Positions 37,337-46,295 of a DNA stretch of 64,000 nt are shown here, one piece after another. The stretch is from the IMG/VR virus record IMGVR_UViG_2885028616_000003, positions 32,001-96,000 of that record, one strand, 5' to 3'. Numbering within the stretch: the stretch's first letter is position 1; each line of letters opens with the position of its first letter. The notes under the pieces were generated by a model. That model made no database searches. It was given only the letters and a program-made list of their open reading frames with translations, and was not told the origin of the DNA. The DNA is from a virus. Taxonomy: Duplodnaviria > Caudoviricetes. A program made the translations under genes and the position numbers.

Positions 37337-37930
37337 GTGGTTACTCCAAGTCGCCGCTGGGTCGCCCCAGGCATCGCAGCGTTGGCCGGCGCGCTCTGCC
37401 TCACCCTCGGAGCGTGTGGGTCCTCCAGTGGCAAGTCGGCTGCGCCGGCGGCGCCGAGCTCGCCGAAGCCTGCCGCGCCGCCGGCCCCGTCCCCCAGTGA
37501 GACGCCGCGGCTGGGGAAGCCTGTGCATCTCCAGACTGGCGAGTACAGGTCCAGCGCGGCAGTGTTCGCGTTCCGGCAGCCGCTCAGCAGCCGGTTCCCG
37601 CCGGACCGTGAGGGATACGTCTTCGCGGGCCTGGACGTCCGCGTCTGCCTGGACAAGGGGCCGGGACCCTCGACGGTGTCGTGGGAGCCGTGGTCGTTGA
37701 CCTACCCGGACGACACGACGATCGACCCGGTCAACTCCTGGTCGGACGACTGGTTCACGGTCCCGCTGTTCCCGGGCGCCGGGTTCGAGAAGACGCTCCG
37801 CCCGGGCAGGTGCATGCGGGGCTGGGTGCTGTTCGAGGTACCGAAGGGGAAGCGGCCGTCCCTGGCCGAGTACGCGCCGACGGATCTCGACGGGGAGCGG
37901 ATCACCGACGGGCCGTCGTGGAAGCTGTGA
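37337..37930 (+). CDS. Lipoprotein (DUF4352-like)
   Basis: Lipobox 'LGAC', P/S/A linker, 'LRPGRCMRGWVLFEVP'. Confidence 0.75.
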   Translation: MVTPSRRWVAPGIAALAGALCLTLGACGSSSGKSAAPAAPSSPKPAAPPAPSPSETPRLGKPVHLQTGEYRSSAAVFAFRQPLSSRFPPDREGYVFAGLDVRVCLDKGPGPSTVSWEPWSLTYPDDTTIDPVNSWSDDWFTVPLFPGAGFEKTLRPGRCMRGWVLFEVPKGKRPSLAEYAPTDLDGERITDGPSWKL

Positions 37931-38126
37931 GATCTGGCGTGGGGCTGTCGGATCGGCGGGGGCGGCCGTATTCTGGGCGGTGACTCTGTTGAGGGGTCAA
38001 TCTGCGATGGGGCCGGCGGTGTCTCACCAGGCGTTCGCGCCTGTACCGCCGGCCCCGTTTCGCGTTCCGCAGCTGGGCTCGTGTGGAGGAGGTGCCGCCC
38101 CGGCCGGGGCCGGGGCGGCGGGTCAC

Positions 38127-38504
38127 TCAGTCCTGGTGGCCTCGTAGGTCCAGGATCACGTCCCAGCGAATGATGATCCGCGTGAGTTGAGTGACGACGA
38201 ACTCGACTTTCCACCACTCGAAGTCCTGCTCGACTTGGAAGAGGTAATCGGCTGCGGTCATCCAGTCGATCACCAGTCCCCGGACGTGTTCGCGGTGCTT
38301 GGTGTCCATGGGGATGTCGTTGAGGAGTGCGAGTGCCCTGGTGAGGGTTCCTTCGAGATCGGCGCTGAGGTAGGGGTCCACCGTCGCGGGGATCTCGATG
38401 GGGATCGGGAGGCCTTGCAGGGCCTTGATCACGAACCCGAAGGCTGTGACCAGTTTGAGGGTGACCTCTGCGAGCAGGTCGTCCCGGTCGTCGCGGTAGT
38501 CCAT
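38127..38504 (-). CDS. Hypothetical protein
   Basis: 125 aa, GGAGG RBS. Confidence 0.75.
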   Translation of the reverse strand: MDYRDDRDDLLAEVTLKLVTAFGFVIKALQGLPIPIEIPATVDPYLSADLEGTLTRALALLNDIPMDTKHREHVRGLVIDWMTAADYLFQVEQDFEWWKVEFVVTQLTRIIIRWDVILDLRGHQD

Positions 38505-38762
38505 CGGACTTCCTCCACTGTTGAGTTTTCAATCTGCGGGTGCCGGTCCGGGGGTCTCACTCCCCGTCCCGACACCACTAACTATACCATGTTTCTGTAC
38601 CTAGCGGGAATGGTCCGGCAGCGAAATCGCGGCCGCTTTGGTGGCCCTATCCGTTTCCGCGAGTACAGATTCATGGTATAGTTAGTGATGTCAGGGCGAG
38701 GGAGTGAGACCCCGAACCCCGGCGAACGCAGATTGACAACTCAACAGTGGAGGAATCCATGG
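38501..38762. repeat. ~110-bp imperfect inverted repeat: duplicated promoter and 5'UTR driving divergent genes
   Basis: Both arms read CATGGTATAGTTAGTG-TGTC...GGGAGTGAGACCCC...CGCAGATTGA(A/C)AACTCAACAGTGGAGGAA, then ATG. Confidence 0.9.
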
Positions 38763-39283
38763 GGAAGCGAACGTCCACCCACGAGGTATCCCTCGCGGTC
38801 CGGCTCGTCGGCTGGCACGAGGCGACCACCGAACGCACCGACTCGGCGGTACAGGTCCTGATCCCCGGAGCGGCCATCACCCTCTCCGACCGGCGCGCCG
38901 TCAGCGCCGTGTTCAGGGCGTGGATCGAAGCCCGGCTCGTCGGCCGGAAGGTGTTCAACGACCAAGGCGCCCGGTCCTACCTCGCGGTCCGGCCGCAGAT
39001 CACCGCGGCGGTCCACTTCCAGGACTGGCCGTACGAGTTCCAACCGGTGATCACCGGCAAGGGGCCGCTTTACAGCCCGAGCGGGTGCGGCCAGGTCATC
39101 GTCCAGATGCGCCAGTTCACGGTCGTCTGCGACGACCGGGCCGCCTGGGAGGTCCAGTACCAGGTGTGGCGACACGCCTACGAACTGGCCGCCGACCTCT
39201 GGGAGCTCTACCCGGTCCACATCTACGAACCGATGATCGCCGAACGGATCGCCGACCGGCTGTTCGGGGACGGCCCGGGATGA
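38759..39283 (+). CDS. Hypothetical protein
   Basis: GGAGG RBS and ATG at 38759. Confidence 0.75.
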   Translation: MGKRTSTHEVSLAVRLVGWHEATTERTDSAVQVLIPGAAITLSDRRAVSAVFRAWIEARLVGRKVFNDQGARSYLAVRPQITAAVHFQDWPYEFQPVITGKGPLYSPSGCGQVIVQMRQFTVVCDDRAAWEVQYQVWRHAYELAADLWELYPVHIYEPMIAERIADRLFGDGPG

Positions 39284-39329
39284 CAGCAAAGGGGGCGGGC
39301 ACCCGCCCGCCCCCGCCTCTCCCCAACGG

Positions 39330-39338
39330 TTATCCACA
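39330..39338 (+). promoter_or_regulatory. DnaA-box-like 9-mer TTATCCACA
   Basis: Exact match in an intergenic region. Confidence 0.4.
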
Positions 39339-39410
39339 AACACGGAACCCCGGGCCCCCGAAGCCCGCAGGCCCGCACAGTGACATACGCACCCACACGC
39401 AGGAGGAGAG

Positions 39411-39668
39411 ATGTTCGAGATCTGGGAGACCGGCGCGCCCGGGCGCCGGCTCGGCGAGGCCGACGACTGGGATGCCGCCGTCGGTGAGCTGGACGCTGAG
39501 TGCGAGCGGCGGTACCGCCAGGCCGCCGCAGCCGGCGGGGCCGGCCGGTGCCGGTTCGAGATCCGCGAGGACGGCCAGACCGCAGCGGTCCTGTCGTGGG
39601 CACCGGACCTCACCCGGCCGTACGAGTCCGCCGTCGCGGCGCTACGCGAGTACGGGGAGATGCCGTGA
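39411..39668 (+). CDS. Hypothetical protein
   Basis: AGGAGG RBS, 85 aa. Confidence 0.7.
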   Translation: MFEIWETGAPGRRLGEADDWDAAVGELDAECERRYRQAAAAGGAGRCRFEIREDGQTAAVLSWAPDLTRPYESAVAALREYGEMP

Positions 39669-40081
39669 TCCCGCAGGGCCGGGCCGTGGTGGACGCCGCA
39701 GGTGCGGCGCAACTGCTCGGGATGGCTTATCAGACGTTCCGGAACCAGGGGGTGACGGGCGAGCCGGGGTTCCCCGCGCCGGTGAACCGCGGCCGCCGCA
39801 AGCTGCTGTACGACCGCGCCCAGGTCGAGGCGTACAGCGACGGTCGGCCGCTGCCGCCGCTGCCCGAGCCCGGCCACCCGGATGATCTGCTGGACGAGCG
39901 GGACATCGCCGACGCGCGCGGGGTCGCGCACCCGACGGTGACCAAGGAGCGCCACACGGGCCGGCTGGTCGATTTCGTCGAGGTGTGCGGCGTGCCGCAC
40001 CTGCGGCGCGGCGCGTTGGAAGAGCAGTTGCGCGAGCGTCCGGGACGCGGCGTCGGCGGCGGCCGGCCGCGGAAGAGATAG
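39665..40081 (+). CDS. AlpA-like HTH DNA-binding protein
   Basis: 'AAQLLGMAYQTFRN...FPAPV...LLYD', C-terminal 'RPGRGVGGGRPRK'. Confidence 0.75.
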   Translation: MIPQGRAVVDAAGAAQLLGMAYQTFRNQGVTGEPGFPAPVNRGRRKLLYDRAQVEAYSDGRPLPPLPEPGHPDDLLDERDIADARGVAHPTVTKERHTGRLVDFVEVCGVPHLRRGALEEQLRERPGRGVGGGRPRKR

Positions 40082-40160
40082 CAGAGAGTGGTGTTCGGCT
40101 GCCTGGGGGGCGGCCGCCCCACCTGAGTCCACCTGTTGAGGCATCTGCCTTGCTCGACAT

Positions 40161-40206
40161 GAAGGGGCCGATGCCCGGGGCCGCAGCCTCGGGCATCGGC
40201 CCCTTC
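40161..40206. terminator. Long hairpin between convergent genes
   Basis: gaaggggccgatgcccg ... cgggcatcggccccttc. Confidence 0.8.
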
Positions 40207-40240
40207 GCTGTTGCCGCGCGCCTCGCCGCTCGTGGGGCGC

Positions 40241-40708
40241 TCAGAGGCGCGGATCGTTGAGGAGCCGGAAGTCCCGGTATCCCTCGCCGGCCCGCACCGC
40301 AGTGAAGAACCTGCCGGGCAGCTCGTTGGCCGGCAGGCCAGCGTCGGAGGCGATGACGTCCGCGGGGATCCGCAGGGGGGCGCGGTGGTCGTGGTCGGGT
40401 GTGATGAGTTCGGCGGTGTCGCCGAAGGTGAGGAGCACCCGAACCGTCACCCGGCCCGGCTCCGCGGCCTCGGCCGAGTGGTCCTGCAGGTCGGTGCGGG
40501 CTCCCTGGCCTGGGCGTTTGTGGTTGAGGATCGTGAGGGGTCTCCACACCGGCGACTGGCCGAAGCGGTCGTCTTCCTTGGGAAGCTCGCCGCGCCGGCG
40601 GGAGCGGTAGACCCGGACGGTGTCCGCGCTGACGCCCAGGAAGGCGGCGACGTCGGCCACGGTCCAGAACTCCTTGTCCGGGTCGCCCAGCGGGCGGTCT
40701 TCGCCCAT
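40241..40708 (-). CDS. AlpA-like HTH regulator (start could be 40804)
   Basis: 'WTVADVAAFLGVSADTVRVY...PVW...RPGQGARTDL'. Confidence 0.8.
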   Translation of the reverse strand: MGEDRPLGDPDKEFWTVADVAAFLGVSADTVRVYRSRRRGELPKEDDRFGQSPVWRPLTILNHKRPGQGARTDLQDHSAEAAEPGRVTVRVLLTFGDTAELITPDHDHRAPLRIPADVIASDAGLPANELPGRFFTAVRAGEGYRDFRLLNDPRL

Positions 40709-40720
40709 GGCGCCGCCTCT

Positions 40721-40745
40721 CTTTGTTAGTGCAGGAGAAGCAAAG
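40721..40745. promoter_or_regulatory. Operator CTTTGYT-N11-ARCAAAG (copy 1)
   Basis: 21/25 identical to the reverse complement of 43571-43595. Adjoins a TACACT -10 element on the minus strand. Confidence 0.7.
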
Positions 40746-40911
40746 TGTAGGGCGGCCGCGGCCGGGTGAGGCGGTAGGGGGCGGGCGGGTGTCGCGGTGG
40801 GCATGACGGTTCCTCTCCATGTCGGACGCAGGGCTGGCGCTCGAGCGGGGCGGCGCGCGGGCCGGGCGCCGACGGTTCGGCCGACGCCCGGCGGACGAGG
40901 TGCCGCGCGGG

Positions 40912-41139
40912 TCAGCCGGCGCGGCCCGCGCTCGGCGGGTTGCTTGCCCAGGCGGCGAGGACCTCGCCGCCGAGCGGCCCGGCCATGTGCTTGCGGTGGG
41001 CGGCGTCGGCCAGGTGCGCGAGGGCCTCGGCAGCCTCGCCGGCCGTGACCGGCGGGCGGCCCGGCCCGCGCAGCTCCGGGAGCAGGAAGCCGGTCAGCTT
41101 GTTGATGGCGTAGACGTCGTCGTTCGTGGTGACGGCCAT
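40912..41139 (-). CDS. Hypothetical protein
   Basis: GAGGA RBS, 75 aa. Confidence 0.6.
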   Translation of the reverse strand: MAVTTNDDVYAINKLTGFLLPELRGPGRPPVTAGEAAEALAHLADAAHRKHMAGPLGGEVLAAWASNPPSAGRAG

Positions 41140-41233
41140 GTGGTGTTTCCTCGGGGTTTTTGTGCTGTGTCGCGCGGGGTGCCCGGGGGGGGGCGACGTG
41201 CAGTCGGCCCCCCGGGGCCTGGTCGGCGTCGTG

Positions 41234-41602
41234 TCACCTGGGCGGCTTGGTGGCGGCCGTGGCCGTCAGTTCCACCCAGATGGTTTCGGCGAGGTCGGCG
41301 TGCTCGACGCGGACGCCGGTGCCGGTGACCGCGCCGGTGATGGCGTGGTCGAGGTCGGTCGCGTCGAGGGGCCAGTGCGAGGTGCATTCGACCTCGACGA
41401 GGCGCCGGTACCGGTGGGGCGGGTCGTCGGCGGGCGGGAGGTCCTCGGCCGGGGTTTCCGGGGCGACGCCGTGGTCGGTGAGCCACCTGTTGACGGTGTT
41501 GACCGTGTCGGAGCCGGGCCAGGACCCGTCGCTGTGCTCGATGTCCTTCAGGCGGCGCAGCAGGCCGATTACGGGGCCCGGGACGCGGTTCCAGTTCGTC
41601 AT
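41234..41602 (-). CDS. Hypothetical protein
   Basis: AAGGA RBS. 'DGSWPGSDTV'. Confidence 0.65.
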   Translation of the reverse strand: MTNWNRVPGPVIGLLRRLKDIEHSDGSWPGSDTVNTVNRWLTDHGVAPETPAEDLPPADDPPHRYRRLVEVECTSHWPLDATDLDHAITGAVTGTGVRVEHADLAETIWVELTATAATKPPR

Positions 41603-41679
41603 GTGTCGCTGTCCTTTCGGGGCATGGGGTGGAGGCCGGTGGCCGTCCCGGGCGGGGGGCGGGGGCGGCCACCGGCGGG

Positions 41680-41919
41680 TCAGGCGACCAGTTCCAGCCC
41701 TTCGGGCTTGATCTCGGTGATGGAGCGGTCGAGCGTGTAGTCGTAGGTGTCGTCGCCCTCGATCTCCGCGCACAGCGACGCCAGTTCGTCCGGGTCGAGG
41801 CAACCGTTCTCGTCGAGGGCGTTTTCGAGGTCCTCGCGGGTGAAGCGGTGGCTGTGCTCCTCGGTCAGCGTCCAGGTGAGGGTGACAGCCTCGGCCTCGC
41901 AGACCACGCGGATACTCAC
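41680..41919 (-). CDS. Acidic hypothetical protein
   Basis: Coupled to the upstream gene. Confidence 0.65.
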   Translation of the reverse strand: MSIRVVCEAEAVTLTWTLTEEHSHRFTREDLENALDENGCLDPDELASLCAEIEGDDTYDYTLDRSITEIKPEGLELVA

Positions 41920-42227
41920 CGCTGGCTCTCTGCGGCCAGGCGCGCGATGGCGTCGGAGGCGGCGGCCAGGGCGGTCATGTCGGCCGGGGTGAGCGCGGCG
42001 AGGAGGCCGCCCAGCCCGGCGCGCTGAAGCGCGAGGAAGGCGCGGACCTTCTCCACGTGCTTGTCGTCGATGTGCGGGTCACTCGGGCGGCGGAATCGGT
42101 AGTGCGGGCAGGTGCAGGTCATCTCGCCGCTGGGGGTGCGGGTGACGGTGTAGACGATGCCGAGGTGCTCTTCGGAGGGCACCTGCCAGGCGGTCGCCTG
42201 GATCTCGTCGGTCAGGTTCGGGGGCAT
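41916..42227 (-). CDS. SWIM zinc-finger protein
   Basis: 'VPSE...YTVT...TCTCPHYRFR...DKH'. Confidence 0.75.
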   Translation of the reverse strand: MPPNLTDEIQATAWQVPSEEHLGIVYTVTRTPSGEMTCTCPHYRFRRPSDPHIDDKHVEKVRAFLALQRAGLGGLLAALTPADMTALAAASDAIARLAAESQR

Positions 42228-42311
42228 CGGGCGTGTTCCTTCCTGGTGGGGTGTGCGGCTCGGGGTGGGACCGTCCCCGGGGCCAGCCGCACCCGGCCCC
42301 GGGGACGGTGG

Positions 42312-43550
42312 TCAGCGGCGGACGAGGGTCATCAGGCGGCGGTGCGCGCGGGTCTTGAGGGCGTCGTCGCTGCCCTCGACCAGCGCGGTCGCGCGGGCGA
42401 TCTCCTCGCTCATCGACTTGCCGGGCCGCTTGGGGGCGACGTGGTCGAGGTAGTCGGTGATGGCGCGCTCGGCGGCGTAGGCGGTGCGGCCCGCCCGCTG
42501 CTCCTCGGCGCGGAACATCGCGACGAGCTGCTCGGTGCGGCGGGCCTCGTTGTTGCGGGCCCGCTGGCTGTCGTCGTCGCCGGTGGGCTCCCACACGTCC
42601 GCGATCACCTTGTGGAACTCGGCCAGCGCCAGGTCGGTGCGGGCCAGCGCGGTCTCCTCGGCCGCGAACGCGTCGGCGTACCTGACGGTGAGGCCGAGGG
42701 TGCGGCGGGCCTCGTCGATGCGGTCCAGCGCGCCGGAGGTGTGGCGGATCGTCCAGCGGTACTTGGCGTCGCGGACCGCGAACCGCTCGGTGTTGCCGCA
42801 GACGGGCCGCCACGGGGTCACGACCGCCTGGGCGGACGAGGACCCGTCGTGGGAGTTGATCGCGACGATGAACAGGGCGATCTCGTCGGCGATGCCGCCG
42901 GGGTCGACGGTGACGTTGCTCGGGACGCGCATGGACACGAACACGCGGCGGCCGCCCCGGACCGCTCCGGCGGACTGCCAGATCACGCCGTGGCGGGCGA
43001 CGAGGTCTTCCAGGAAGGTGAACAGGCGCCGGTTCTGGATCTCGGTGTATTTGCGGCCGACGACGCCGAGGGGGGCGCCGGTGTCGTCGCGGAGGGTGAC
43101 GTACTGGTCGCCCATGACGTGAAGGTCGCCGCCGAAGGAGTAGCGGACGGGGCGCTTCTCGACCTGCCAGTTGATGCCGCCGAGGCGGAGCACTTCGGTG
43201 ATGTCGGAGGTGCCGCCGGGGATGTGGTTGCCGAGGCTGTGCCAGGCGGGGACGGCGGTGTAGAGGGCGACGTCGCCGGTGGCGGTGGTGTCCAGGCCGT
43301 GGTCGGCGACGATCGCGGCGATGTGGCCTGCGGCGTTGCGGTTGACGGTGAAGGTCTCGCCCGCGTCCCAACCTTGGGTGACGCGGTAGCGGTTGGGGGC
43401 GATCTGGGTCATGCGGCCTTCGGCGACCTCGGACTCCAGCCAGGCGATCCGATCCGTGTGGGCCTTGATCTGCTGTTCGCGTGCGGTGCGTCTGGCGTTG
43501 AGCTGGTCGGTCTTCTCGGTGGCGAACGCGGCGTTCACGTCGATGGCCAT
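42312..43550 (-). CDS. DUF932/DUF945 phage/plasmid-like protein
   Basis: 'AWHSLG', 'IQN', 'SAGAVRGGRRVF', 'NSHDGSS', 'RPVCGNT', 'IRHT'. Confidence 0.9.
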   Translation of the reverse strand: MAIDVNAAFATEKTDQLNARRTAREQQIKAHTDRIAWLESEVAEGRMTQIAPNRYRVTQGWDAGETFTVNRNAAGHIAAIVADHGLDTTATGDVALYTAVPAWHSLGNHIPGGTSDITEVLRLGGINWQVEKRPVRYSFGGDLHVMGDQYVTLRDDTGAPLGVVGRKYTEIQNRRLFTFLEDLVARHGVIWQSAGAVRGGRRVFVSMRVPSNVTVDPGGIADEIALFIVAINSHDGSSSAQAVVTPWRPVCGNTERFAVRDAKYRWTIRHTSGALDRIDEARRTLGLTVRYADAFAAEETALARTDLALAEFHKVIADVWEPTGDDDSQRARNNEARRTEQLVAMFRAEEQRAGRTAYAAERAITDYLDHVAPKRPGKSMSEEIARATALVEGSDDALKTRAHRRLMTLVRR

Positions 43551-43570
43551 GGGGTGCCTCCCGTCCAGAA

Positions 43571-43620
43571 CTTTGCTTCTTCCGTATTAACAAAGTAACT
43601 CTATGTAGCAACCTTGTCAA
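43571..43620 (-). promoter_or_regulatory. Sigma70-type promoter TTGACA-N17-TACTTT with operator copy 2
   Basis: Minus strand reads TTGACAaggttgctacatagagtTACTTTgttaatacggaagaagcaaag. Confidence 0.8.
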
Positions 43621-43878
43621 CACGATTGAGGCGAAGGCGAGCAGACGGCGAGCGCAAGGGAAGACGCCGAGCAGCAGCTAAGCCGTCAATCAGCACACCG
43701 GACGCGCAGCGCCACCTGGCAACGCCAGGGACACTGCCCAGCACGAAGGGTGACCATCACACGGATGGCGAGCCGCCGACCTGAAGGAGCGCCAGCCGCC
43801 GGGGCGCCCGAACCGCTCCGACCGCGAAGCCTTTATTCGCTATGTATGGCTAAAGAATCCGGAGCATCATGGTTTGCT

Positions 43879-44871
43879 ATGGAATCTGACGCCCCAGAGG
43901 GCGACTCGGAAGAGTCAGAGGAGACTGCGACTCAGGAGAGCGCCGTTCCCCCCGAAGAAGCTGCGCCACGCACGGAGCGCCCAGCGCGTCCTCTCGCCGA
44001 CGCCTTCCAAGGGGCCGGCTTCAAGATCAGACCTATCGGTTTCAGGTTTCCCGTGCCGAAGTATCCGCTGGTCGACACCAGCCTCATCCTCCGCACCCAC
44101 AATGAGCTGCTGATCGATTTCGGGAAGATCACCGAATCCTGGCTGCAGGACTTTCGGCTGCGGATCCCCCTCGACCTCGGTATCCCCGACGACTGGGAAC
44201 CGCCGAACTGGGGCGACCGGTGCTTCTACGAGAACGGAATCTTCAACCTCGACCTGTTCGACGCTGCAGAAACGATCATGAAGGAGGAAGGGCTGCCCCT
44301 CGCTTACGTCCCCCACAGCGAGTTGGTCAACGCGCTGCTCCTCGCCGAGAACAAGGACGCAAGGCGAGCGCTCCTCGTCTCCCACCGAGGCGACGTGATC
44401 GAGGACTGCACCGAGACCCTCAAGGAGATCACGCACCCCGATCTCCAAGGGCACCGGGCAGCGATTCAGGATGCCCTGGCTGCGCTGGCTCAAGGGATCG
44501 ATGGACCGGCCCAGTCGCACGCTGCCAACGTCTTCGACCAACTGCTACGTCACATCATGCGCAACGGGGTTCTCTTCCCGGAGAGCCTCGGCGAGTTCTT
44601 CTACCACGACAAGACCGCGAAGCGCCTGAAGCGCCGGTGGGTCCATGACGACATCGACATCGCCGAGTTCCGGGCTGGGTGTGTCCTCACCCCTGCTGTT
44701 CCTGCGCTCCGCAAGTACACCTCTGGCAGGGACCCCATTCCGGACACCTTCAATCGCCACGCAACCAGCCACGCGGTTCATTCCGCAGTCCAGTTCACCG
44801 AAGCAAACGCCATCATCGGCTGTATGCTCGCGACTTCCCTGCTCCGCGAGATCCACGACTCCGGCTGGTGA
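43879..44871 (+). CDS. Counter-oriented moron with HEPN-like RxxxxH motif (candidate Abi/toxin)
   Basis: Helical protein with C-terminal 'FNRHATSH'. Start uncertain (43846 or 43879). Confidence 0.65.
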   Translation: MESDAPEGDSEESEETATQESAVPPEEAAPRTERPARPLADAFQGAGFKIRPIGFRFPVPKYPLVDTSLILRTHNELLIDFGKITESWLQDFRLRIPLDLGIPDDWEPPNWGDRCFYENGIFNLDLFDAAETIMKEEGLPLAYVPHSELVNALLLAENKDARRALLVSHRGDVIEDCTETLKEITHPDLQGHRAAIQDALAALAQGIDGPAQSHAANVFDQLLRHIMRNGVLFPESLGEFFYHDKTAKRLKRRWVHDDIDIAEFRAGCVLTPAVPALRKYTSGRDPIPDTFNRHATSHAVHSAVQFTEANAIIGCMLATSLLREIHDSGW

Positions 44872-45137
44872 CCGGTCTCCTTGGCCCGTGACGGCCGCGT
44901 CGGAGACCGGTCCCCCGGGCCACGCCGTTTCCACTCAGCTTCGGGTCACGGCAGTCACGTGCCCTGAGCGCGGGACGGCTCGCACCAACCCGGACCGTGT
45001 CTCTGACCCGTCTCGAACGGGTCGTGCTCCCCCGCCGGCTACCCGGGTGCCACGGTTGCCCGTGGCAGCAGCAGAGACGACCACCACCATCATCATGTCG
45101 CGCAACGACTTCCCCAGCGGCACTCTTCAGGGGCATG

Positions 45138-46064
45138 TCACCCCAACGACGCTGCCAACTCCAGGGCGCCGGCGGCAATGAGGTTGCCGAGTGCTCCGGC
45201 AGCAGCCGTGTTCAGGTGCGCGCCGACGAACTGAAGGCCGCGCCGGATCCGCCCGACGTCCGGGGTGCCGCTGTTGACCTCCCGTTCCAGCTCCTCCAGG
45301 ACTTCCACGACTTCAGCCTCGGCCTCGGCGGGGAGGTTGATGGTCGGCTTGGCCTGCCGGTACTGCTCGACCACACTCATGACCTGGGCGACTTTTTCGC
45401 CCTCGAAGACGGTCACGTGCTGCTCGAAGTGCTGGCTATCGACAGCGAAGGCGCCTTTGTTGTCCCCGCCGAACGTGATGTTCGTGCCGGCCTTGTGCTT
45501 CGCCTGCTCGTACGCCATGACGTCTCCCGAGTACTGCTCGATGCAACGGTCGCCTTCGTTGGTCGGTTCTGCCCGTACCGGGCCACGGCGCTGAGCGACC
45601 TCGACGCCGTGGATCAGGCCGCTATCCCTCAGCGATGCCGCCGCTCGGTCAATCTCGTTCTCCGAGAGGATGTCGCCCTCAAACTTGGCCTTTGGGCTCT
45701 TACGGAAGCTGTCGACGAGCGGATAACCTCTCCCCGCCTCCTTCTGCTCCCACAGCCAGACCAGGAGACCGTTGCGCGCGGCGATCTTCCGCTGGATCTT
45801 GTCGCCACGGCGGCTCTTACGCGCTTCGGCCCATTCGCGGCCGTAGTTCGTGATGTTGGCCACCGGGGTCCCGAGGGTGCTGTGCTTGTCGTCCACGAAG
45901 CCGCGCTCTTTGCAGTGCCTCAGCAGCGTCCAGCACGCCTCGCTGGTGAGGTTGTGCATGCTGCCGAACCCTGCCACTTCCACTTCCCCGAGCGGGTTGT
46001 CATTCGAGTGGTCGAACACCCACTCGACGAACAGCTCGTAGAGGTCGGAGAGGTTTTCGGTCAT
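45138..46064 (-). CDS. Moron: two winged-helix-like repeats plus C-terminal helical domain
   Basis: 'ITNYGRE' and 'PTNEGDR' wing motifs, G/N-rich linker. Confidence 0.7.
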   Translation of the reverse strand: MTENLSDLYELFVEWVFDHSNDNPLGEVEVAGFGSMHNLTSEACWTLLRHCKERGFVDDKHSTLGTPVANITNYGREWAEARKSRRGDKIQRKIAARNGLLVWLWEQKEAGRGYPLVDSFRKSPKAKFEGDILSENEIDRAAASLRDSGLIHGVEVAQRRGPVRAEPTNEGDRCIEQYSGDVMAYEQAKHKAGTNITFGGDNKGAFAVDSQHFEQHVTVFEGEKVAQVMSVVEQYRQAKPTINLPAEAEAEVVEVLEELEREVNSGTPDVGRIRRGLQFVGAHLNTAAAGALGNLIAAGALELAASLG

Positions 46065-46204
46065 CCGTGCTCCGTTTCGTTCACGGCGGGGGGCTCGGAC
46101 TCGAAACAGTCTGCATGCCCGAAACGAGCGATCCGTCCAGAAAGGATCTGTGGATCTTGATAACTGCCTGAATTGACTAGGAGGCCGTCACCCTCGCGGA
46201 CTAC

Positions 46205-46294
46205 TCAAAGGCCGAACGGCATTCTCGTATTGATGCGCTCGCAGCGCTCGTCGGCGTCGAGCTGCACGCCGAGCCACTGAACAAGATCGTTCAT
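46205..46294 (-). pseudogene. N-terminal remnant of a second DUF6221 gene
   Basis: 'MNDLVQWLGVQLDADER' matches 'MNEPLVKFLRAQLDRDER' of 47289-47888, then stops at codon 30. Confidence 0.7.
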
Positions 46295-46295
46295 G

